Positions 53,010-64,000 of a stretch of DNA of 64,000 nt are shown one piece after another (positions within the stretch are counted from its first letter, which is position 1; every line of letters starts with the position of its first letter). The stretch comes from Macrostomum lignano. Lineage: Eukaryota. Both the position numbers and the translations under genes were made by a program. The notes below the pieces were generated by a model. The model searched no databases. It worked only from the letters and a program-made list of their open reading frames with translations, and was not told where the DNA came from. The DNA is taken from assembly GCA_002269645.1 (NCBI GenBank), contig NIVC01001049.1:124001-188000 (forward strand), given 5' to 3'.

Positions 53010-53730
53010 TTCTCAGCACCCGAAGCGCACGGTGCATAAATTTCCTGGTAAAATATCTTATTAATTAAGAAGTTGTTGTTTAAACGCAGCATTGACGGAC
53101 AGACAGACAGACAGGCGGTGACAGGTTCGCAGCGCTGCTAATTGCTTTTAACCTGCACTATTAGCCTCGCAGTGGAGGCCGCACTCGTTGGCTGTCCATC
53201 TTAATTTTGCTTCATTTGCAGCCGGCGACCGTGCGGTCGGGCTGGCTGGCGGGCACAGCGCGGGGGCGGGTGGCAGGCGGCAGGGAAGGCGGGAAGTCGC
53301 GCTGTGCCCGCGCCTCAAGGGCTGCGGAGCCGCCAGGCCACCCACTGCAATAATCGCGCAGGCAGAGGTAATGGACACCAACACAAGAGGGCGAGACAGA
53401 CAGCCCAGACAGGGCCACCCCACCCTCAGCCCCAGGTCTGGGCCTGTGAGCAAAGCAAGCGGACTGCCAATGCAGCATTTGGCGCAGAAGGTGGCTGCGG
53501 CAGGGTGAGCGGAGTAGCAGGAATGCCTGCCGCAGTGGGTTTGGGGCCGGCTGGCAATAGGCTTGCTAAACAATAAAAAAGCAAAATCGTTGGCGAATGA
53601 ATTTTTGTTTATTCACTGCTGCCGCCGCTCTGAAATGCGATTTTATTTCGGGATAAACAAGCGGCTCCGGTCCAGCTGTGGCAGACCGGCTAGAACTGTT
53701 GCTGCCGAGTGCCTGCGGGCTACAGCTCAG

Positions 53731-55011
53731 GTCAGTCAGTCAGGCAGTCAGTCAGTCAGTCAGTCAGTCAGTCAGTCAGTCAGTCAGTCAGTCAGTCAGC
53801 CAGTCAGTCAGTCAGTCAGTCAGTCAGTCAGTCAGTCAGTCAGTCAGTCAGTCAGTCAGTCAGTCAGTCAGTCAGTCAGTCAGTCAGTCAGTCAGTCAGT
53901 CAGTCAGTCAGTCAGTCAGTCAGTCAGTCAGTCAGTCAGTCAGTCAGTCAGTCAGTCAGTCAGTCAGTCAGTCAGTCAGTCAGTCAGTCAGTCAGTCAGT
54001 CAGTCAGTCAGTCAGTCAGTCAGTCAGTCAGTCAGTCAGTCAGTCAGTCAGTCAGTCAGTCAGTCAGTCAGTCAGTCAGTCAGTCAGTCAGTCAGTCAGT
54101 CAGTCAGTCAGTCAGTCAGTCAGTCAGTCAGTCAGTCAGTCAGTCAGTCAGTCAGTCAGTCAGTCAGTCAGTCAGTCAGTCAGTCAGTCAGTCAGTCAGT
54201 CAGCAGTCAGTCAGCCAGTCAGTCAGTCAGTCAGTCAGTCAGTCAGTCAGTCAGTCAGTCAGTCAGTCAGTCAGTCAGTCAGTCAGTCAGTCAGTCAGTC
54301 AGTCAGTCAGTCAGTCAGTCAGTCAGTCAGTCAGTCAGTCACTCACTCAAGTCGGCCAGTCAGTCAGTCAGTCAGTCAGTCAGTCAGTCAGTCAGTCAGT
54401 CAGTCAGTCAGTCAGTCAGTCAGGCAGTCAGTCAGTCAGTCAGTCAGTCAGTCAGTCAGTCAGTCAGTCAGTCAGTCACTCACTCAAGTCGGCCAGTCAG
54501 CCAGTCAGTCAGTCAGTCAGTCAGTCAGTCAGTCAGTCAGTCAGTCAGTCAGTCAGTCAGTCAGTCAGTCAGTCAGTCAGTCAGTCAGCCACTCACTCAC
54601 TCAAGTCAGTCAGTCAGTCAGTCAGTCAGTCAGTCAGTCAGTCAGTCAGTCAGTCAGTCAGTCAGTCAGTCAGTCAGTCAGTCAGTCAGTCAGTCAGTCA
54701 GTCAGTCAGTCAGTCAGTCAGTCAGTCAGTCAGTCAGTCAGTCAGTCAGTCAGTCAGTCAGTCAGTCAGTCAGTCAGTCAGTCAGTCAGTCAGTCAGTCA
54801 GTCAGTCAGTCAGCCACTCACTCACTCAAGTCAGTCAGTCAGTCAGTCAGTCAGTCAGTCAGTCAGTCAGTCAGTCAGTCAGTCAGTCAGTCAGTCAGTC
54901 AGTCAGTCAGTCAGTCAGTCAGTCAGTCAGTCAGTCAGTCAGTCAGTCAGTCAGTCAGTCAGTCAGTCAGTCAGTCAGTCAGTCAGTCAGTCAGTCAGTC
55001 AGTCAGTCAGT
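53731..55011. repeat. (GTCA)n microsatellite
   Basis: Visible; begins at CAG|GTCAGT; interruptions (C)CACTCACTCAAG. Confidence 0.95.
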
Positions 55012-56577
55012 CCCCTCTCCCCATTCAATCCGCAGTTCCAGTCCAGTTCGCATTTACGGCCCCGGGCTTGCAGGCTGAGTGGGTGGGGGCTGAGGCTGAG
55101 TGCAGGGGATGCCAGACAACTACGGCCAATACGCGCACAGCCTCCGCTCCCCAAGGCTGACTGGCGAGACCCAACTGCCCACCCCAGCGATCCCCGACCA
55201 GTCTGAAGTGGCCGGTCCAGGCTTGCCGCTGGATAAACAGCTGCTAGGGGGGGGGGGGGGGGGGGGCAGGTAGGTGGGCGGGTGGGTGAGCGGATCGGGT
55301 GGAACTGGGCCTGTCTGTCTGGTCTCCTAAGGACAGCCAGGACGCCCCCCCTGAGTGGATAAGTTGTGAGGAAAAATGCCTGCTTGTCCTTGCAACTGCA
55401 GCACTCGGACAGGCCCGCCGCCACCTCCCTCAGACGCGTTCCGCCCACTCGTCACTCGTCAGGCGGCAGAATGATGAGGCCGAGAGGGGAGGCTGCCGCT
55501 CCTGCCTGTCCGACTGCCCAGGAGGGAGGGGAGATTAAGAAGCGAAAGGAGGAAATGCGCGCCCAGACAGACGGATTATTGAAGCAGACAGAGAGATGCA
55601 GAAAGAGATCATAATGATGACGCTGACTACAGTGACTACGGATGCTGAGGGATAAAGTGGGCTGGCGGCTCGGTGGGAAGTCTGTGGTGGGGGAGGGGGG
55701 ATCATTCTCCCGCAGGGATTGGGAGGCGGGCGCAGGGAGAGTATATTGAGACTCCCTGGCTGGCGAATTCAGAATTTTTCAGGCTTTGCCAGTCGCTTCC
55801 GCGCCCCTCCCTCCCGTCTGTCCTCGTCTCTCACCCGGGCCAGACGGAACGACCCGAGGCGGCGGCCCTGTGCACTTTGGATTGGCGAGTCTCTCTATCA
55901 TCTCCAAGTCTCCCTTAAGTCCGTCCTCTTCATTCTCTACCCTCCCCCTCCCCCCCCTCCTAGCGTGAGGCCGGAGTTGCGGCTGTCCCGCAGCCAGCCG
56001 GTAGGGCTGTGTTGCGGTGCGGCCGTGACCAAAATTCTGGCCGCTAGGACAGTCAGCCAGTCCCCCGCTGCGCCTTGGCTGGCCCCTCAACCTCCCTCCC
56101 CTGCAATTTTGTATTTTTGCTTTGAAGTACTTTCTACATTACAAGCCTCGTAGCTGTCTGCAGACTGCCGAGCTCCCACCCCAACCCCTGTGCTGCCCTC
56201 CCTCCCCGAGCAACCAAATCTCTCTCTCTCTCTCCACTCTCTGCCTCTGCCACTCTCTCCCCCAGCTGCAGGGCGGCTTGCGCGCCCACCCCAGCGGCCT
56301 CCAGACGACCCCTCCCCCCGCCGCCGCGAAACCCTGCCGCCTTGCCCGGGCTGGCCCGCGTCTGCGGACTCTCCAGCCTTCCCTCTCAGCCCCAGCTAAA
56401 CCGCGGCTATAAATCCAGCAACAACAAGCAGTCCGCTGCCGCCCATTGCCAGTCCCAGCCAGAGATCCCGAGATTCCCTGAAGCTCCCCAACCCACCGCC
56501 TCCCAGGTTAAACTTTGCCGCTCTGCCACTCTAAAGCGGAACTGCAGGCAGGCTGCTGAGGCAGGCGAGCAGTCAGG

Positions 56578-58149
56578 ATGAGTCACGGGCTGTTCCAGTG
56601 TCTTTCACCCGCCAAGGAGGAGGGCGACGCGGCCCAGGCAGCCGACGGCCGGCCCCGCCGCCGGCCACAGCAGCGCCGCTCCAGGTCTGTAGTGTCCGTG
56701 TTGTTGTCGCTTTTCCGCTCCGAGTCGTCCGACTCGCCGGCCGCGGACACGAAGGACTCGGCGACGGCGGCGGCGACGGGGACGACCGCAGCCTCGGCAA
56801 CCGCGGCAGCTGGCGGCTCAGAGCGACGCCGACGGCACCACTCAGCGGGGTCCGGCAAGCCGCCGCACTCTCGGATGAAGCTGAAGCGGGAGCGCTGCCC
56901 CAAGTGCCACGGCGTGCTGCCGCTGAAGACCCCGGATCTGGAGCCCGTGCTGGTGCGGCCTGGGCAGGCCAGGCGGCGTCACGAAATCAAGGAGGATTCC
57001 GGATGTATCATTGCGGTCGAGGTGAGCTGGTGAACTGACTGACTTGAGTGAGTGAGTGGCTGACTGACTGACTGACTGACTGACTGACTGACTGACTGAC
57101 TGACTGACTGACTGACTGACTGACTGACTGACTGACTTGAGTGAGTGAGTGGCTGACTGACTGACTGACTGACTGACTGACTGACTGACTGACTGACTGA
57201 CTGACTGACTGACTGACTGACTGACTGACTGACTGACTGACTGACTGACTGACTGACTGACTGACTGACTGACTGACTGACTGACTGACTGACTGACTGA
57301 CTGACTGACTGACTGACTGACTGACTGACTGACTGACTGACTGACTGACTGACTGACTGACTGACTGACTGACTGACTGACTGACTGACTGACTGACTGA
57401 CTGACTGACTGACTGACTGACTGACTGACTGACTGACTGACTGACTGACTGACTGACTGACTGACTGACTGACTGACTGACTGACTGACTGACTGACTGA
57501 CTGACTGACTGACTGACTGACTGACTGACTGACTGACTGACTGACTGACTGACTGACTGACTGACTGACTGACTGACTGACTGACTGACTGACTGACTGA
57601 CTGACTGACTGACTGACTGACTGACTGACTGACTGACTGACTGACTGACTGACTGACTGACTGACTGACTGACTGACTGACTGACTGACTGACTGACTGA
57701 CTGACTGACTGACTGACTGATTGACTGATTGACTGACTGACTGACTGACTGACTGACTGACTGACTGACTGACTGACTGACTGACTGACTGGTAGCTTTG
57801 CTCCCTTTGCTGGGGTCCTTGGTCAGTGAGTTGGGGTGGACCTACCCCTTCCAGTCTTCACTATGCCCTTAATGTCTCGTCAGCTAATTAGAAACTTCTC
57901 AACTCGAAATTTCAGTCCCGAAGAGCCGCTGATGGCGCCCGCCCGGCAGCCGTCAGCTGCCCGGAGGACTCGGGTAACTTCAGCATGAGCTCAGGCGCTG
58001 GCAGCAGCACCCGGCAACCGGAGCCACCGCTGCCGCTGGCCCGGCCGCCGATGTCCGGCCTCTACGGCACCGGGTTCTCCACCTGCGTGCCGCGAATCCC
58101 CAACCGAGACGCGCCAGTGAGCAACAACTGCCTCCCAATTCGCGGCTGA
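56578..58149 (+). CDS. Uncharacterised ~225-aa low-complexity protein, exons 56578-57021 and 57916-58149
   Basis: ATG, GC-rich open frame, donor GAG|GTGAGC, acceptor TTTCAG, phase 0 match, second exon open to TGA. One CxxC (RCPKCHG). No family recognised. Confidence 0.55.
57035..57790. repeat. (ACTG)n microsatellite, reverse complement of the 53731-55011 array
   Basis: Visible; interruption CTTGAGTGAGTGAGTGG. Confidence 0.95.
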
Positions 58150-59214
58150 GCAGCCGGCCAGCCCCAACTCATATTTTTATTTATGATATTCTTACCGCAA
58201 GGCGGACTCGACTGTAGCTGCGGCTTGAACAGCGCCATTAGATTACTCCCCTCCATTAGTTTCCACACTGTCTCTCAGTCTGTCGTTTCCCATGCCTGAG
58301 ATATTTTTAATCTGTCTTTCTCTGTCGCACCTGTGCAGTACAGCAGCGCACTGGCGACTCTGACCCGTGCTGAGTCTCACAGCGGTTTATGAGGCTGCCC
58401 AATGAGGAGATTTAATAGTCGGTTTGAAGCGCTTTCTTGTCTGTAGCATTGTAACAAAAGACACAACCACAACCACAATAGACACAGCTGCAACCCCAAA
58501 GGACACAACTGTAACCACAAGACACAACCACAACCACAATAGACACAGCTGCAACCCCAAAGGACACAACTGTAACCACAAAAGACGCAATTCTAAAAGA
58601 TAACCAAAACCACAAGTGTTAAAAAAGTGTGAGCCGGCGCTGCTGTTGCACAGGCGAAGGCTTCGCTAATTAGTGAGTTTAGGCCATTCAATGAGCCTGT
58701 TGGACTTGATCCTTAGCTATTCAGTCTTGACGCGATATTTCCTGACCCTCCGCAGGATTCCAGCAGCTTCTCGGAGCCTCATCTGATGCGCTCCTTTGTT
58801 GATTATGCATAGCACTGAATCTTGACTCGTTTCAGTACCTGTACGTCCATGGCCAATGACACTTTTAACTTGAGCCTCCGGGCTCACTACTGGTTTATGC
58901 AAGCCTTCCTTCGTGAGCAATGCTTTTTTTGAGTCCAGCAATTCTATCTATCCTTCAGCGGCCCCCGGCAGAGCAACTCACAGGTACTGACGCGCACCCC
59001 GCATTACTGCAAGTTCGCCCCAGGCATTTCATTTCACATGAGGCTACTCATGCGGCCCAGTTTTTAGCTTTCATTTTCTTGAGCACAGCGCTGCTCTTGC
59101 AAGTTCATTTTTGCTTATCGTTCAAATTCCCGACCGATTTATTATTTAAATAAACTTGCAAATCAGACGTTTCGCTGCACAGCAGTTGCGTTACAAAGCA
59201 ATAGAGATTAAACA

Positions 59215-61960
59215 CTTCACTGGCGCCTCAGTGTCCGCTGATTTCTGTGCCAGCTCCCCGCTATTCACTGCCGCCTCAGTGTCCGCTGATTTCTGTGCCA
59301 GCCCCCCGCTATTCACTGGCACGCTGCCGCCTCAGTGTCCGCTGATTTCTGTGCCAGCCCCCGCTATTCACTGCCGCCTCAGTGTCCGCTGATTTCTGTG
59401 CCAGCCCCCGCTATTCACTGGCGCACTGCCGCCTCAGTGTCCGCTGATTTCTGTGCCAGCCCCCGCTATTCACTGCCGCCTCAGTGTTCGCTGATTTCTG
59501 TGCCAGCCCCCCGCTATTCACTGGCGCACTGCCGCCTCAGTGTCCGCTGATTTCTGTGCCAGCCCCCCGCTATTCACTGCCGCCTCAGTGTTCGCTGATT
59601 TCTGTGCCAGCCCCCCGCTATTCACTGGCGCACTGCCGCCTCAGTGTCCGCTGATTTCTGTGCCAGCCCCCCGCTATTCACTGGCGCCTCAGTGTTCGCT
59701 GATTTCTGTGCCAGCCCCCCGCTATTCACTGGCGCACTGCCGCCTCAGTGTCCGCTGATTTCTGTGCCAGCCCCCCGCTATTCACTGCCGCCTCAGTGTT
59801 CGCTGATTTCTGTGCCAGCCCCCCGCTATTCACTGGCGCACTGCCGCCTCAGTGTCCGCTGATTTCTGTGCCAGCCCCCCGCTATTCACTGCCGCCTCAG
59901 TGTTCGCTGATTTCTGTGCCAGCCCCCCGCTATTCACTGGCGCACTGCCGCCTCAGTGTCCGCTGATTTCTGTGCCAGCCCCCGCTATTCACTGGCGCCT
60001 GCCGCCTCAGTGTCCGCTGATTTCTGTGCCAGCCCCCCGCTATTCACTGCCGCCTCAGTGTCCGCTGATTTCTGTGCCAGCCCCCGCTATTCACTGCCGC
60101 CTCAGTGTCCGCTGATTTCTGTGCCAGCCCCCCGCTATTCACTGGCGCACTGCCGCCTCAGTGTCCGCTGATTTCTGTGCCAGCCCCCCGCTATTCACTG
60201 GCGCACTGCCGCCTCAGTGTCCGCTGATTTCTGTGCCAGCCCCACGCTATTCACTGCCGCCTCAGTGTCCGCTGATTTCTGTGCCAGCCCCCCGCTATTC
60301 ACTGGCACGCTGCCGCCTCAGTGTCCGCTGATTTCTGTGCCAGCCCCCCGCTATTCACTGGCGCCTCAGTGTTCGCTGATTTCTGTGCCAGCCCCCCGCT
60401 ATTCACTGGCGCACTGCCGCCTCAGTGTCCGCTGATTTCTGTGCCAGCCCCCGCTATTCACTGCCGCCTCAGTGTTCGCTGATTTCTGTGCCAGCCCCCC
60501 GCTATTCACTGGCGCACTGCCGCCTCAGTGTCCGCTGATTTCTGTGCCAGCCCCCCGCTATTCACTGGCGCCTCAGTGTTCGCTGATTTCTGTGCCAGCC
60601 CCCCGCTATTCACTGGCGCACTGCCGCCTCAGTGTCCGCTGATTTCTGTGCCAGCCCCCCGCTATTCACTGGCGCCTGCCGCCTCAGTGTCCGCTGATTT
60701 CTGTGCCAGCCCCCGCTATTCACTGCCGCCTCAGTGTCCGCTGATTTCTGTGCCAGCCCCCCGCTATTCACTGCCGCCTCAGTGTCCGCTGATTTCTGTG
60801 CCAGCCCCCCGCTATTCACTGGCGCACTGCCGCCTCAGTGTCCGCTGATTTCTGTGCCAGCCCCCCGCTATTCACTGGCGCACTGCCGCCTCAGTGTCCG
60901 CTGATTTCTGTGCCAGCCCCCCGCTATTCACTGGCGCACTGCCGCCTCAGTGTCCGCTGATTTCTGTGCCAGCCCCCCGCTATTCACTGGCGCACTGCCG
61001 CCTCAGTGTCCGCTGATTTCTGTGCCAGCCCCCCGCTATTCACTGGCGCCTCAGTGTTCGCTGATTTCTGTGCCAGCCCCCCGCTATTCACTGCCGCCTC
61101 AGTGTTCGCTGATTTCTGTGCCAGCCCCCCGCTATTCACTGGCGCACTGCCGCCTCAGTGTCCGCTGATTTCTGTGCCAGCCCCCCGCTATTCACTGGCG
61201 CCTCAGTGTTCGCTGATTTCTGTGCCAGCCCCCCGCTATTCACTGGCGCACTGCCGCCTCAGTGTCCGCTGATTTCTGTGCCAGCCCCCCGCTATTCACT
61301 GGCGCCTGCCGCCTCAGTGTCCGCTGATTTCTGTGCCAGCCCCCCGCTATTCACTGCCGCCTCAGTGTCCGCTGATTTCTGTGCCAGCCCCCCGCTATTC
61401 ACTGCCGCCTCAGTGTCCGCTGATTTCTGTGCCAGCCCCCGCTATTCACTGGCGCACTGCCGCCTCAGTGTCCGCTGATTTCTGTGCCAGCCCCCCGCTA
61501 TTCACTGGCGCACTGCCGCCTCAGTGTCCGCTGATTTCTGTGCCAGCCCCCGCTATTCACTGGCGCACTGCCGCCTCAGTGTCCGCTGATTTCTGTGCCA
61601 GCCCCCCGCTATTCACTGGCGCACTGCCGCCTCAGTGTCCGCTGATTTCTGTGCCAGCCCCCCGCTATTCACTGGCGCCTGCCGCCTCAGTGTCCGCTGA
61701 TTTCTGTGCCAGCCCCCCGCTATTCACTGGCGCACTGCCGCCTCAGTGTCCGCTGATTTCTGTGCCAGCCCCCCGCTATTCACTGGCGCACTGCCGCCTC
61801 AGTGTCCGCTGATTTCTGTGCCAGCCCCCCGCTATTCACTGGCGCACTGCCGCCTCAGTGTCCGCTGATTTCTGTGCCAGCCCCCCGCTATTCACTGGCG
61901 CCTGCCGCCTCAGTGTCCGCTGATTTCTGTGCCAGCCCCCCGCTATTCACTGGCGCCTGC
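59215..61960. repeat. 48/56-bp modular minisatellite (GCCGCCTCAGTGTCCGCTGATTTCTGTGCCAGCCCCCCGCTATTCACT[GGCGCACT])
   Basis: Visible; local 104-bp periodicity (ORF starts 59540, 59644, 59748, 59852). Confidence 0.95.
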
Positions 61961-62294
61961 CACCAGAAAGCAGCTGACAAGCCAGACACGACAGGCTAAG
62001 GCAGGAAACGCCCTTTAAAGCCTTTTGTTTGGCAGCCGGTTTTTGCGACTGCTGAGCCCCAGTTCAAGCACCCAGGCACCGGCCGTTAAAAGAGTGAGAA
62101 TTAGAAAGTACGCTCTGTGCTTTGATGCCGCGCCAGACAACAGGATAGGGGAAGTCGGGCGGAGCGAGACAACACAATGACTCATTTATCGGTCCAACTA
62201 ATTTCATCTGAATCCAGCCCTGCTCTGCGGTTTGCCATTCAGATTCGCGTGTCTCAGCCTCGCTTATCGACCCATCTTGCTGTCTGCTTATTTA

Positions 62295-62608
62295 AGCTCC
62301 TCTCTCCTCTCCTCCCTCTCCTCTCCTCTCCTCTCTCTCTCTCTCTCCTCTCCTCTCCTCTCCTCTCCTCTCTCTCTCTCTCTCCTCTCCTCTCTCTCCT
62401 CTCCTCTCTCTCTCTCTCTCTCCTCTCCTCTCCTCTCTCTCCTCTCCTCTCCTCTCTCCTCCCTCTCTTTCCTCTCTCTCTCTCTCTCTCTCCTCTCTCT
62501 CCTCTCCTCTCTCCTCTCTCTCCTCTCTCTCTCCTCTCTCTCCTCTCCTCTCTCCTCTCCTCTCCTCTCCTCTCTCTCCTCCTCCTCTCTCTCCTCTCCT
62601 CTCCTCTC

Positions 62609-62642
<34 letters not shown>

Positions 62643-63183
62643 CTCTCTCTCCTCTCCTCTCTCTCCTCTCTCTCCTCTCCTCTCTCTCTCTCTCCTCTCC
62701 TCTCCTCTCCTCTCCTCTCTTTCCTCTCTCTCCTCTCCTCTCTCTCCTCTCTCTCCTCTCCTCTCTCTCCTCTCCTCTCCTCTCCTCTCCTCTCCTCTCT
62801 CCTCTCCTCTCCTCTCCTCTCTCTCCTCTCCTCTCTCTCCTCTCCTCTCTCTCCTCTCTCTCCTCTCCTCTCCTCTCCTCTCCTCTCTTTCCTCTCTCTC
62901 CTCTCCTCTCTCTCCTCTCCTCTCCTCTCTCTCCTCTCCTCTCTCTCCTCTCTCTCCTCTCCTCTCCTCTCTCTCTCTCCTCTCCCTCTCTCTCTCTCTC
63001 CTCTCCTCTCCTCTCCTCTCCTCTCCTCTCCTCTCTCTCCTCTCTCTCCTCTCCTCTCCTCTCCTCTCCTCTCCTCTCCTCTCTCTCTCTCCTCTCTCTC
63101 CTCTCCTCTCCTCTCCTCTCCTCTTTCTCCTCTCCTCTCTCTCCTCTCCTCTCTCTCCTCTCCTCTCTCTCCTCTCCTCTCTA
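62295..63183. repeat. Polypyrimidine (CT/CCT) tract ~890 bp
   Basis: Visible. Confidence 0.95.
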
Positions 63184-63384
63184 TCTGATCCTGCCTATAG
63201 CGCTTTCTATCTGATGACACGTGCATCAAGCTCGTGGTGACTCAAACCTCACTACGATGTGTAAAAATCATGCAGTGCACTCGTGTAATTTGTAAAGTTA
63301 TTTTGCATTTGTAGCTCGTAGCCAAGCTTCGCAAAGAGATCTAAATTCCAATTTTTAATCAATTAGAAATGCTTATGCTGCCTA

Positions 63385-63687
63385 GTTATTACTCATTATT
63401 ACTAATTATTACTCATTATTACTCATTATTACTCATTATTACTCATTATTACTAATTATTACTCATTATTACTAATTATTACTCATTATTACTCATTATT
63501 ACTCATTATTACTCATTATTACTAATTATTACTCATTATTACTCATTATTACTCATTATTACTCATTATTACTCATTATTACTCATTATTACTCATTATT
63601 ACTAATTATTACTCATTATTACTAATTATTACTCATTATTACTCATTATTACTAATTATTACTCATTATTACTAATTATTACTAATC
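63385..63687. repeat. 10-bp repeat (ACTCATTATT / ACTAATTATT)
   Basis: Visible. Confidence 0.95.
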
Positions 63688-64000
63688 TCTCAACACTGTC
63701 CGGATTGGAAATTTCGCACCAATTTTTCTACTAATCTTTTATTGGGCCTGTCAGCATAATTTTCATGTTTCACTTCACTCCTCACCTCAGCCTCTTGAGC
63801 TCCGGCAGAGCTGGAAACTCTGAGAATTACTTTTGGCTAAGAATTGTGAGCACGGGTTAATCTCAGCTTCCAAATCTGCTGCTGCCGCATCAGCCGCAGC
63901 GTCCCGGCTCAGATTGACTCACAATGCCGGCGCACGGCACAAGGACCCAAGGCGGCACTCTTTGATCTAGTCAATAAAACATTTTGCGTCTCTATTGCCC

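Overview
Eukaryotic (animal) genomic DNA, not prokaryotic. Short, mostly GC-rich spliced exons sit in AT-rich intronic/intergenic DNA packed with micro/minisatellites and small DNA-transposon derivatives. This style suggests a repeat-rich invertebrate such as the flatworm Macrostomum (inference only). Gene models built by hand from GT/AG sites and phase matching: (1) SERBP1/Vig/HABP4-family RGG protein (minus, 3 exons, 14431-4698); (2) orphan coiled-coil gene (minus, 17668-15844); (3) secreted PAN/Apple + fibrinogen-C protein (plus, 20291-23240, 1-nt frameshift near the end); (4) tau/MAP2/MAP4-like gene whose 5-6 microtubule-binding repeats lie in micro-exons missed by the ORF track (minus, 33696-29528), probably joined to a 713-aa Q-rich terminal exon; (5) signal peptide + LDLa + transmembrane protein (plus, 42411-50546); (6) a 2-exon low-complexity gene (plus, 56578-58149). 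Most notable: two different ~280-300 bp TIR elements, each with a perfect 8-bp target-site duplication, carry the same degenerate 28S rRNA fragment spanning the R2 retrotransposon / I-PpoI target site. Most ORF-track entries are artefacts of tandem repeats. No CRISPR array or intact RNA gene was seen.
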